From: a virus
Virus record (IMG/VR): IMGVR_UViG_3300044675_001894
Location: 1-64,000 of that record
Reading direction: 5' to 3' (one strand)
DNA: 64,000 bases
The first letter of the stretch is position 1. Each line of letters opens with the position of its first letter. Positions 39,524-46,705 of the stretch are shown here, piece by piece. The notes under the pieces are model-generated. The model ran no database searches. It saw only the letters and a program-made list of their open reading frames with translations, and was not told where the DNA came from. Made by a program: the position numbers and the translations under genes.

Positions 39524-39858
39524 TACTCGTCCTTTGTAGGAAACTGCTGGTTGGATAGGTATTCACGCCTTCTTTTGGTGTTTCTGTATTTTACTTTTGG
39601 TAATGTGATTTCACCAGAAGACAATCCGTGTAAGTAATCTTCTTGGGCGGATTGGATATAGTCTCCCCATTCAGCCTGATTAGGGCGGATACGACCCATA
39701 TTGCGAGGACCCATTGAGATGTCGCCGTATTCTTCCTGCTCTACATCGTCTGTATATCTGCCCATAGGTTTACGAGGCTCTGAGTCTCCTTTTAACGATG
39801 TGTAGTTAGTTACACGCTCTTTAGCCCGAGGCGGAAGTGGCTTGCGAGGATCCTGCAT
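39523..39858 (-). CDS. Hypothetical protein (leaderless)
   Basis: TATAAT 6 nt before ATG; ends YLSNQQFPTKDE. Confidence 0.65.
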   Translation of the reverse strand: MQDPRKPLPPRAKERVTNYTSLKGDSEPRKPMGRYTDDVEQEEYGDISMGPRNMGRIRPNQAEWGDYIQSAQEDYLHGLSSGEITLPKVKYRNTKRRREYLSNQQFPTKDE

Positions 39859-39900
39859 AAACTAATTATAGACGGTCATCACCAAAAAATTATGCAGATA

Positions 39901-40218
39901 CTACTGACCCATCTTCTTTTTCCAGTTTGCACCTTCATCAGATGAGGTCGGACCAATATCAATTGGACCATAGTGTGACTCGGCGGCGTTAAACATTGCG
40001 GTGGCTACACCTCTGTTTTGATACCGTTTGTTTGTAGCAATACCGAACACTACGTGCTCACGCTCTTGTCCAGAATTAAAACCGAGCATGACGCCTAAGC
40101 GACCAGTAACGGTCTTACCACTGCGTGCTTCAACATCACCGAACGGGTTCGTACGGATCGTGTGCTCTTTACCACGCTTGTCTACGAACTGGTGGCTGAG
40201 ACTCTCATATGCTGACAT
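39901..40218 (-). CDS. GNAT acetyltransferase
   Basis: Motif A YQNRGVATAMF; S.EG..W. Confidence 0.75.
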   Translation of the reverse strand: MSAYESLSHQFVDKRGKEHTIRTNPFGDVEARSGKTVTGRLGVMLGFNSGQEREHVVFGIATNKRYQNRGVATAMFNAAESHYGPIDIGPTSSDEGANWKKKMGQ

Positions 40219-40221
40219 GTA

Positions 40222-40590
40222 CTACGCTCCTGGTCTCTGGTCTACAGAATAACGTACAGGTACTTCCATGTTTGGGTCAATATCATGGGCTGTGGCAATA
40301 CGATGGTCACCATCCCATACTCGTACACCAGAGCCATAATTTGTTAGACGCAGGTGTACAGGGGTTTGAACCCCTTCTTTTTTAATATTGTCGTAAAGAC
40401 TCTCTTTTTTACCCCCATATGGGTGTCCCTCTTTAGATTCTCGCAATTTTGTAGCACGTAGGTTAGGAGACTCAGCCATAGGAAGATAACCTGAACTAGA
40501 TGTTTCCTCACCTGCGGCGGGGTATGTCATCAGTTCCCGTGCAGGGATAAACATGGACAACTGACCACTGAGGTGCTCTTGTGCGGGCAT
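40222..40590 (-). CDS. ParB/Srx-like protein, paralogue of 36585..36953
   Basis: QLSMFIPARELM, IKKEGVQTPV, WDGDHRIATA, EVPVRY. Confidence 0.75.
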   Translation of the reverse strand: MPAQEHLSGQLSMFIPARELMTYPAAGEETSSSGYLPMAESPNLRATKLRESKEGHPYGGKKESLYDNIKKEGVQTPVHLRLTNYGSGVRVWDGDHRIATAHDIDPNMEVPVRYSVDQRPGA

Positions 40591-40607
40591 TTATCTAGTA
40601 TAGAGGG

Positions 40608-40994
40608 TTACTTAACTTCAAGCACATTCTCTGGAGGAATGTGACCCCAGTGCATTGCTGAACCTGTTTGGCGAAGGCTATTCTTCCAGTCACTAGAATC
40701 ATCAGTACGTAGTTTAGACTCATCAAAATTTCTATTTACGCTTGTGTGTACAGGATCCTCAAAGGAGTTCCAGTCCACTTGCAGGTTTCTTGGGTTTACA
40801 CGGACTTTTACGATTGCTGGGTCTTTGTGCATACTGGCGTAGTGTTCAGCCAATTCATGGTCAGGTGTTACATAAACATTGGGCTTACCGAGTCCTGTGC
40901 GTGCACCTATCCCATGTTCTTTAATGTCTTGAGCGTTCTCTTTTGAAGTCCCATGGTACATATGCATGTGGAACTGGTCGGGACTAAGAGCCAT
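40608..40994 (-). CDS. ADP-ribosyltransferase-fold protein
   Basis: YHGTS...I...G, VYVT...A.HYA, IPPE..: H-Y ART/Tpt1-like signature. Confidence 0.65.
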   Translation of the reverse strand: MALSPDQFHMHMYHGTSKENAQDIKEHGIGARTGLGKPNVYVTPDHELAEHYASMHKDPAIVKVRVNPRNLQVDWNSFEDPVHTSVNRNFDESKLRTDDSSDWKNSLRQTGSAMHWGHIPPENVLEVK

Positions 40995-41132
40995 AGTTTC
41001 AAGTATAGGGCTATTTGGGCGGGTTGGGTGGTCGGTCGGATTTTTGGATGGGGCTATTGCGGTGGAGCAGTTCGGGTGGGGCCTGTTGTCTACCCCCCGC
41101 CTCCGCTCGCCCCCTCACTTAACCATGGGGGG

Positions 41133-41232
41133 TTATCCACAGCCCGCTCCATGCCCTGTATGGCTCGCATGGGTTATCCACAGGTACCCCTGTGTACAGC
41201 CTGTGGATACTGTGGAACATCTCTGTGGAACA
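41133..41232. promoter_or_regulatory. DnaA-box cluster
   Basis: TTATCCACA at 41133-41141 and 41174-41182; reverse-oriented TGTGGATAC 41202-41210, TGTGGAACA 41211-41219 and 41224-41232, TGTGTACAG 41191-41199. Confidence 0.75.
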
Positions 41233-41239
41233 TTGGGGG

Positions 41240-41253
41240 CGAACACCCGTTTG
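41240..41253. promoter_or_regulatory. LexA (SOS) box-like site
   Basis: CGAAC-ACCC-GTTTG, one mismatch to CGAAC-N4-GTTCG. Confidence 0.5.
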
Positions 41254-41317
41254 TGTGACGTTCGTCACGTGTGACCATCGTCACATGGATTGTTCCAATC
41301 GTGTGACATTCGTCACA
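41254..41317. promoter_or_regulatory. Three CRP/GlxR-type sites
   Basis: TGTGA-CGTTCG-TCACG 41254-41269; TGTGA-CCATCG-TCACA 41270-41285; TGTGA-CATTCG-TCACA 41302-41317. Confidence 0.75.
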
Positions 41318-41787
41318 AACCCTTGACAAACGCCAAAACGCCTCAGACGCACCACAATGCGTTCTCAGAGGAGGAGGGAGGGATGTAAGGGGTCAAGGCG
41401 GGCAGTGGTACAAAGTACCCTCAGAGAGGCTCTCGTACGCCTACGAATAGGGCTATGAGCCTTGCTGGGTAAGGGTTTGCGGGGTATGGGTAGGTTACGA
41501 AGTACTCGCCACAGCGCCCCAATTGCTATCCACTGCACACTCGCTCCATATCGGCACCTGCACGCAACACAGAGCCTCCTAGGCACCTCTCCTGCCATCC
41601 TGCGGTATTCATTGATCAATTGAATTCTGTGGGTATTCATGCCTCCTCTCTCCTGTATCTCCTCCTCCATCCGATGGATGGCTGGTCGTTGGGGGCGCCC
41701 AATTCCAGCCCTGTCCCCGCCGTCCCGAGGCTCCAGCCCATGCTGGGCAAGGCTCAAAAGAATTCTCAGGAATTGTTTAATTGGGGG

Positions 41788-41818
41788 TTGACAGATGTAC
41801 CCCATCTGTGCGTTTAAT
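41788..41818 (+). promoter_or_regulatory. Putative early promoter with overlapping palindrome
   Basis: TTGACA 41788-41793, TTTAAT 41813-41818 (long 19-nt spacer); ACAGATG-TACCC-CATCTGT 41791-41809. Confidence 0.4.
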
Positions 41819-41941
41819 GGGGGTGGAGGGGGATGCGTCCCCCGCCTCGGTTCCTTGACAAGTGGCAGGTACGGCACGCAGGCTTCGCCCTGCGCATTTT
41901 GCGTTCCTGCCCTCAGAATCAAACATGGTTCAAAATTCCTC

Positions 41942-42068
41942 AGCGTCACGGGCTGGCTTCGGCTGGCTCGTGGCGCTCAATGAGGGCTGGAGGCATTCCC
42001 CCTGCTTCAGCCCTGATTGAGCGCACAGCGCTCCATTGGCACACAGCCAATGCAGTCCTGAGGAGGAC
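41942..42068 (+). ncRNA. Structured intergenic RNA element E0 (hairpins A/B/C plus SD hairpin)
   Basis: A 41942-41977 with c(UUCG)g loop; B 41973-42024; C 42019-42033; GTCCT-GAGG-AGGAC 42055-42068. Confidence 0.75.
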
Positions 42069-42073
42069 ACACC

Positions 42074-43051
42074 ATGGATATTCAACTATCAACACTCAAT
42101 CCTGTGGAACACGATTTGCTGTACATGGAGCGCCTACGGACAGCGTCCAAAGCGAACTACCAGTACCGAATCACCAGCCACTACTTGATCAGTGCCTATG
42201 GCAAGGAGTTGCGTTGGAGCAATGGCTACGGAAGCCGTGACAGCGTTGCTGTCGTGGACTACCGCACCGATCCAATGCCCACCGAATATGCACAAGCACG
42301 TCTCATGGAGTTGTACGGCGAAACTGCCGAGGCAATGTTCAATGACGGCGTGGTCGGCATTTACGGCTCACTGCCAACCCGTGAGGCTGAACGCTTCACT
42401 GAGGCTCGTATCGCAATGGAGGATGCACGGCGTGACCTGCGTGAGTGTGACACCGAATATGACAGCCGTCCTTGGAGTCGTTACTTCTTGGTCACGTCAT
42501 CGGATGGGCACATTCACTCCAGCACACAGTGCTCCACCTGCAATAAGGGCGTCAATGACACTGAGTTTGCACTCGTGCCTTACCTCAGCGGATCCAGTGC
42601 CGATGTTGCGGTTGCCGATCTCGGATCGGCGCTGTGCTCGGTCTGCTTCCCTGATGCTCCCGTGGAGTCACGTGAGCAGGTCAAGATCAGCGCCAGCGTG
42701 GCGTTGACACTTGCCGAGCAGGGCGTGGAGGCATTCCAGCAAGCCCGAGCCAAGGCTCGTGCGAACGCTGTGAAGCGTGCTCAGGAGCGTTGCGAAGGCA
42801 GTGGTCAACCAACGGTCAGAAGTGATCGCTGGCATCATTGCCCAGTATGCGGATATGGACAGCGTGCGGACGGTAAGTCCCGTGCACATCGCCGTCCTCG
42901 CTTCTACGCCACCAAAGAGGTCGGCTACGACACCAAATACTGGAACGGCACCACGTGGGCGCCATCAACCAAGAAGGTTGACCTACTCACTCGTGAGCAG
43001 GCTGAAGCCGTCTTGGTGGCTCACGGTGGCTCACGAGTCATTCAGGATTGA
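42074..43051 (+). CDS. Hypothetical Cys/His-rich early protein
   Basis: GHIHSSTQCSTC, LCSVCFP, CPVCG...H. Confidence 0.75.
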   Translation: MDIQLSTLNPVEHDLLYMERLRTASKANYQYRITSHYLISAYGKELRWSNGYGSRDSVAVVDYRTDPMPTEYAQARLMELYGETAEAMFNDGVVGIYGSLPTREAERFTEARIAMEDARRDLRECDTEYDSRPWSRYFLVTSSDGHIHSSTQCSTCNKGVNDTEFALVPYLSGSSADVAVADLGSALCSVCFPDAPVESREQVKISASVALTLAEQGVEAFQQARAKARANAVKRAQERCEGSGQPTVRSDRWHHCPVCGYGQRADGKSRAHRRPRFYATKEVGYDTKYWNGTTWAPSTKKVDLLTREQAEAVLVAHGGSRVIQD

Positions 43052-43057
43052 TCATTC

Positions 43058-43136
43058 CCCCAGCGCCTAGGGCGTGCCCGTTCAATCGGGACTGGGGACT
43101 ACTGGCACCCGCCAGTTACAACGACCTGAGGAGGTC
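43058..43136 (+). ncRNA. tRNA-like three-way-junction element T1 plus SD hairpin
   Basis: CCCCAG/CTGGGG, CGCC/GGCG, CCCG-TTCAAT-CGGG, ACTGGC/GCCAGT; covaries with T2. Confidence 0.7.
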
Positions 43137-43141
43137 AAGCC

Positions 43142-43828
43142 ATGAATACAGAAGCAATCTACGACAAGGTGCAGGCAATCCTTGATCGTGCCAATCACCC
43201 GAACACGCCACAAGCGGAAGCCGAGACGGCTCTCGCCATGGCACAACGGCTCATGATGAAGCACGGTCTTGAAGAGTCCGCATTCGCCAAGGCTCAAGAT
43301 CGTGACGAGAACATCGTTACCGATCAGATCCCAATCAGTGGTCAATGGCAACTTCGCCGTCTCGGTCTTGCTGGTGCAATCGCTAGTGCCAACTCTGTTG
43401 CCAACTACCGCTCCACATCGTGGGCGGATGGCAAGAAGTCGTTGGTGTTGGTGGTGTACGGCACTGCTGGTGACATCTTCGCTGTCAAGACACTGTTTGC
43501 ATCGGCAGACTTGCTCGCTTCTCGTGTGATCCCAAAGGGTGATCGGTCATTCCGCAATGCGTGGTGGCTCGGATTCTCCTCGGGAGTGCGTGAGGTGTTG
43601 CGCAAGTCCAAGAACGAAGTGATCGCAGAGCAAGGTGCTGGCACTGGGCTGGTGCTCGCTGACAAGTTCAAGCGTGCAGACGCTGAGATGCGTTCAAAAG
43701 TCAAACTCAAGTCCAGTGGGTACTACAGGTACTCATCGGGTAACGGTTACAACGCTGGTCGTTCTGCTGGTCGTTCGTTCAACACTGGTGGCATCGGTAA
43801 CGGTGTCGCTGGAGCGCTCGGACGATGA
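43142..43828 (+). CDS. DUF2786-domain protein
   Basis: KVQAILDRA......EAETALAMAQRLMMKHG; FRNAWWLGF; GYNAGRSAG. Confidence 0.8.
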   Translation: MNTEAIYDKVQAILDRANHPNTPQAEAETALAMAQRLMMKHGLEESAFAKAQDRDENIVTDQIPISGQWQLRRLGLAGAIASANSVANYRSTSWADGKKSLVLVVYGTAGDIFAVKTLFASADLLASRVIPKGDRSFRNAWWLGFSSGVREVLRKSKNEVIAEQGAGTGLVLADKFKRADAEMRSKVKLKSSGYYRYSSGNGYNAGRSAGRSFNTGGIGNGVAGALGR

Positions 43829-44301
43829 GCATCCATGCATACATGGAGGTAGTGCGGGAGGGCGTTGCAAAGCGCTCTCCCAAAATGCCCGAACATCAAG
43901 CCACGGTGTATGCAATTGAGAATGTGGTGGAGCGTCACTTGCCATCGCAAGTGATCGCTACCAAGAACGCATTCGCTTGGCTGGATCGTGTGTGTGAGAC
44001 CGAAGGCTGGGACACGCCGATGGTTGATCGCATCCGATCCACCAAGTGGGCAGGTGTCGCTAGTGCCGAAGGCAATGTCATCGGCATCAGTGGCTCCAGC
44101 ACGACAGCACTGGTACTGGCTCACGAACTCGCTCACATCGTGTGTGGCGAGCGTGGTCACAATGAGTGTTGGCGTAATGCGTTCGTGAACATCGTCCGAG
44201 ATCACATCTCGGTACAGCATGCGTCACTCCTGCATACCTTGTACGAGCGTTTCCAACTTCAATCAGGTCAGTGGAGGCTGACCGACACATCACGAGTGTG
44301 A
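43825..44301 (+). CDS. HEXXH metallopeptidase-like protein (TIGR04338-like)
   Basis: VLAHELAH...GH; coupled to DUF2786 gene. Confidence 0.7.
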   Translation: MSIHAYMEVVREGVAKRSPKMPEHQATVYAIENVVERHLPSQVIATKNAFAWLDRVCETEGWDTPMVDRIRSTKWAGVASAEGNVIGISGSSTTALVLAHELAHIVCGERGHNECWRNAFVNIVRDHISVQHASLLHTLYERFQLQSGQWRLTDTSRV

Positions 44302-44388
44302 ACTCGTGGTGCTGTCATGGCTCATCGGCGCAAGTTGGTGAGTCATGACAGCATCATCCGATGCTGAATAAAGCGACCTGAGGAGGTC
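44288..44388 (+). ncRNA. Structured element E1
   Basis: A 44288-44311 (GUGA loop); B 22-bp stem 44308-44355 (GCAA loop, 5 G-U); C 44349-44366; SD hairpin 44375-44388. Confidence 0.8.
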
Positions 44389-44392
44389 AACC

Positions 44393-44947
44393 ATGAAAAC
44401 ATCAGAGATCAAGCAGATCATTGCCAAGGATCCGAACGCCGTGTTTCGCATTGGCGGTCGTGGTCGGTACACGCACTACGGCTCAATCACAGAGATTAAA
44501 GAAAATGTCGTGGACACTTACAGCAGTTGGGGTCGCAAGACGGGCACCCGTGTCAATGTGTTATTCACAGTGCGTTACGAGTACTTCACTAGTGGCACTG
44601 AGGCTCATTACGGCTACCCCGAGAAGTTGCCTTCAGTAACACTGGAGCGCAACACTTGGACTAAGCCACGTGACATTGAATGGCACGTGTCGGACTTCGG
44701 TCAGACCATTGAAGAATATGTGGTAACGACTGACGCCGAAGTGAAGGCTGACTGGCAGGCAAAGAAGGACAATGACAATGCCAAACAACAACTGATCAAC
44801 CGAATTCTCAACGACTTCGGAATCGTGTTGAGTGTGGGTGATGAAGCCACTGACAAGCGCTGGGATCACCTAAACGATGAGTTGGACAGACTCAGCCTTG
44901 ACACATTGAAAATGCTTGTACACAACTACACACCTTCACGGGTGTGA
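44393..44947 (+). CDS. Hypothetical early protein
   Basis: 184 aa, preceded by SD hairpin. Confidence 0.75.
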   Translation: MKTSEIKQIIAKDPNAVFRIGGRGRYTHYGSITEIKENVVDTYSSWGRKTGTRVNVLFTVRYEYFTSGTEAHYGYPEKLPSVTLERNTWTKPRDIEWHVSDFGQTIEEYVVTTDAEVKADWQAKKDNDNAKQQLINRILNDFGIVLSVGDEATDKRWDHLNDELDRLSLDTLKMLVHNYTPSRV

Positions 44948-44954
44948 TTGGTTC

Positions 44955-45035
44955 CCCTAGCGCCTCGGGCGTGCCGATTCAATTCGGACTAGGGACTGTG
45001 AGCACTCGCTCACTACAAAATACCTGAGGAGGTAT
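44955..45035 (+). ncRNA. tRNA-like element T2 plus SD hairpin
   Basis: CCCTAG/CTAGGG, CGCC/GGCG, CCGA-TTCAAT-TCGG, GTGAGC/GCTCAC, ATACCT-GAGG-AGGTAT. Confidence 0.7.
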
Positions 45036-45039
45036 AGCC

Positions 45040-45363
45040 ATGGCATATCAACTAACAGACTGGGATCTAGAGCAGATCACTGACACGCTGGACATGTATG
45101 AAGCGGGCACCGTGAGGCGGTACTCGGGTCGTGCGATGTACGGCGAGCAGTGTCTCGGCATCGTGACCGAAGATGTGGCATCAGCATTCATGATCCTCGG
45201 ATCAGCACTCGCTGACTTGGGCAATGACGGTAACGCATTGACAAGAAAACTTCTTCGTGAAGTGCGCCAAGACAGCATGGGTCGTGACTCAGCCGTTGTC
45301 TACTTCCCATCCATCACAATGCCCGAGGGTTACGTGGAGGGTGACGAAGACAGCGACAACTAG
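45040..45363 (+). CDS. Hypothetical acidic early protein
   Basis: YSGRAMYGEQCLGI...DSMG...VYFP. Confidence 0.75.
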   Translation: MAYQLTDWDLEQITDTLDMYEAGTVRRYSGRAMYGEQCLGIVTEDVASAFMILGSALADLGNDGNALTRKLLREVRQDSMGRDSAVVYFPSITMPEGYVEGDEDSDN

Positions 45364-45382
45364 TCGTAAGTGGTAGTCGGGA

Positions 45383-45486
45383 GCATCACGGGTTCGCCCG
45401 TGATGCCCTCACAGTGCATCGGCGTTGTGTCGGTGCATTGTGAGGGCATACAATTGCCCGTTCAACTAATAAGACCTGAGGAGGTC
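45383..45486 (+). ncRNA. Structured element E2
   Basis: A 45383-45406 (UUCG loop); B 45403-45449; C 45444-45459; SD hairpin 45473-45486. Confidence 0.8.
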
Positions 45487-45489
45487 ACC

Positions 45490-45744
45490 ATGGATGCAAC
45501 TATTCACAAAGTAACTGGGCTTCGGATTGAGAAGACTGGTGACTCACGACTCCACACGATTGATCTCGTGATTGAGTACGAAGACTTGGCGTTCAGCCGT
45601 CCCCAGTGGGAGCAGGACAACGAGTCATTCGGTTACGCAAAGTTGGAGTCAACGATCACGCTCTTCATCAGTGACACCGCTGATATTGAGACAGTGTTGT
45701 GGAAGGCGATCGCAGATCTCACTTCCGACCTTGCCAATGCGTGA
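45490..45744 (+). CDS. Hypothetical acidic early protein
   Basis: Start moved to MDATIHK (45490), directly after the SD hairpin. Confidence 0.7.
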   Translation: MDATIHKVTGLRIEKTGDSRLHTIDLVIEYEDLAFSRPQWEQDNESFGYAKLESTITLFISDTADIETVLWKAIADLTSDLANA

Positions 45745-45761
45745 GTAATGAGCAATGGGCA

Positions 45762-45868
45762 GTCATGGCGCAAGCCATGGCGTGCTCGGAGTGCACTGAC
45801 CCCCATCGGTGCATTCCGAGGACGCAAGTCCATACTTAGTAATTCAAAACAGAATCTGAGGAGGTTCT
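45762..45868 (+). ncRNA. Structured element E3
   Basis: A 45762-45781 (GCAA); B 45780-45825; C GGAC-GCAA-GTCC; AGAATCT-GAGG-AGGTTCT 45851-45868. Confidence 0.75.
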
Positions 45869-45872
45869 TACC

Positions 45873-46598
45873 ATGGGTGCAATAACACCAAAACAGCAAG
45901 CGTTCATTCGCACAATGCTCCTTGAGCGTGCTTCAACACTCGGTCTTGATGAGGCTGGCGTTGATCAGTACATCATTGATCAGAAGGTGAATGAGTTGTC
46001 AAACAAGTCAGCGTCCACCGTCATTGATGCGATCAAACGCATTGAAATCAAGCGTGTGGGCACCGATCACTTGCCGAAGGCAGAGCGCACCATTGTCAAC
46101 AAGTATGCGAACCCGTGCACATTGTGCGGTCATCCTGTACCTGTTGGTGCTGGTCATGCATTGCTTATCGGTGGCAAGTGGCAGACGTACCACGCACTCG
46201 GTCAGTGCTCCAGCGAAACTGCTGTAGCGCCCGAGCGTGTGAGCAATGAGTTGTTCGGGACATTGCCTGATGGCTTCTATGCAATGAAGTCAACGGGCAC
46301 CAATGACCTCGTGTTCTATGCGGTGAAGACAAACAAGGGTTTTCATGATCCGAAGTTCAAGGGTCACCGCTCCATCTACCTGATCGTAGGTGGACACAAG
46401 GACGAGCGACTCACTGGTGAGCGTGGCGTGAACGCTGTGAAGCGTCTCGTAGCGCTCAACGATGCAGAGCGTGTGCAGGCACGAGCACTGTACGGTCAAG
46501 AGATCGGACGGTGTGGTGTGTGCGGGCGTCATCTCACTGATGAGGCAACACGCAAGCGAGGCATCGGCAATGACTGCGCAAGCAGGTTGGGCATCTAG
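45873..46598 (+). CDS. DUF6011-domain protein
   Basis: ITPKQ..FI N-terminus; YG.EIGRCGVCGRHLTDE..R.RGIG.DC. Confidence 0.8.
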   Translation: MGAITPKQQAFIRTMLLERASTLGLDEAGVDQYIIDQKVNELSNKSASTVIDAIKRIEIKRVGTDHLPKAERTIVNKYANPCTLCGHPVPVGAGHALLIGGKWQTYHALGQCSSETAVAPERVSNELFGTLPDGFYAMKSTGTNDLVFYAVKTNKGFHDPKFKGHRSIYLIVGGHKDERLTGERGVNAVKRLVALNDAERVQARALYGQEIGRCGVCGRHLTDEATRKRGIGNDCASRLGI

Positions 46599-46605
46599 CC
46601 CAAGG

Positions 46606-46699
46606 ATGTCATGGCGTAAGCCATGGCGTCCTCACAACACATCGGGCAACTGGTGTGCTGTGAGGACGCAAGTCCACTAACAATTACCTGAGGAGGTAA
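46606..46699 (+). ncRNA. Structured element E4
   Basis: A 46606-46629 (GUAA); B 46626-46669 (GCAA); C 46664-46675 (GCAA); TTACCT-GAGG-AGGTAA 46684-46699. Confidence 0.8.
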
Positions 46700-46705
46700 C
46701 AGACC

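Noticed and set aside
41133-41317. CRISPR array
   Set aside because: Repeats are 9-16 bp, irregularly spaced and in both orientations; they fit protein-binding sites
40953-42240. ORFs in the divergence region (40953, 40966, 41365, 41620, 41833)
   Set aside because: No RBS or recognisable motifs, atypical composition, and they overlap regulatory sites and RNA structures
43058-45013. Bona fide tRNA genes
   Set aside because: Only about 40 nt, no anticodon arm, 6-nt loop, no CCA. No complete tRNA was recognised anywhere in the window
45370-45489. N-terminal extension of ORF 45370..45744
   Set aside because: Runs through element E2; the SD hairpin places the start at 45490
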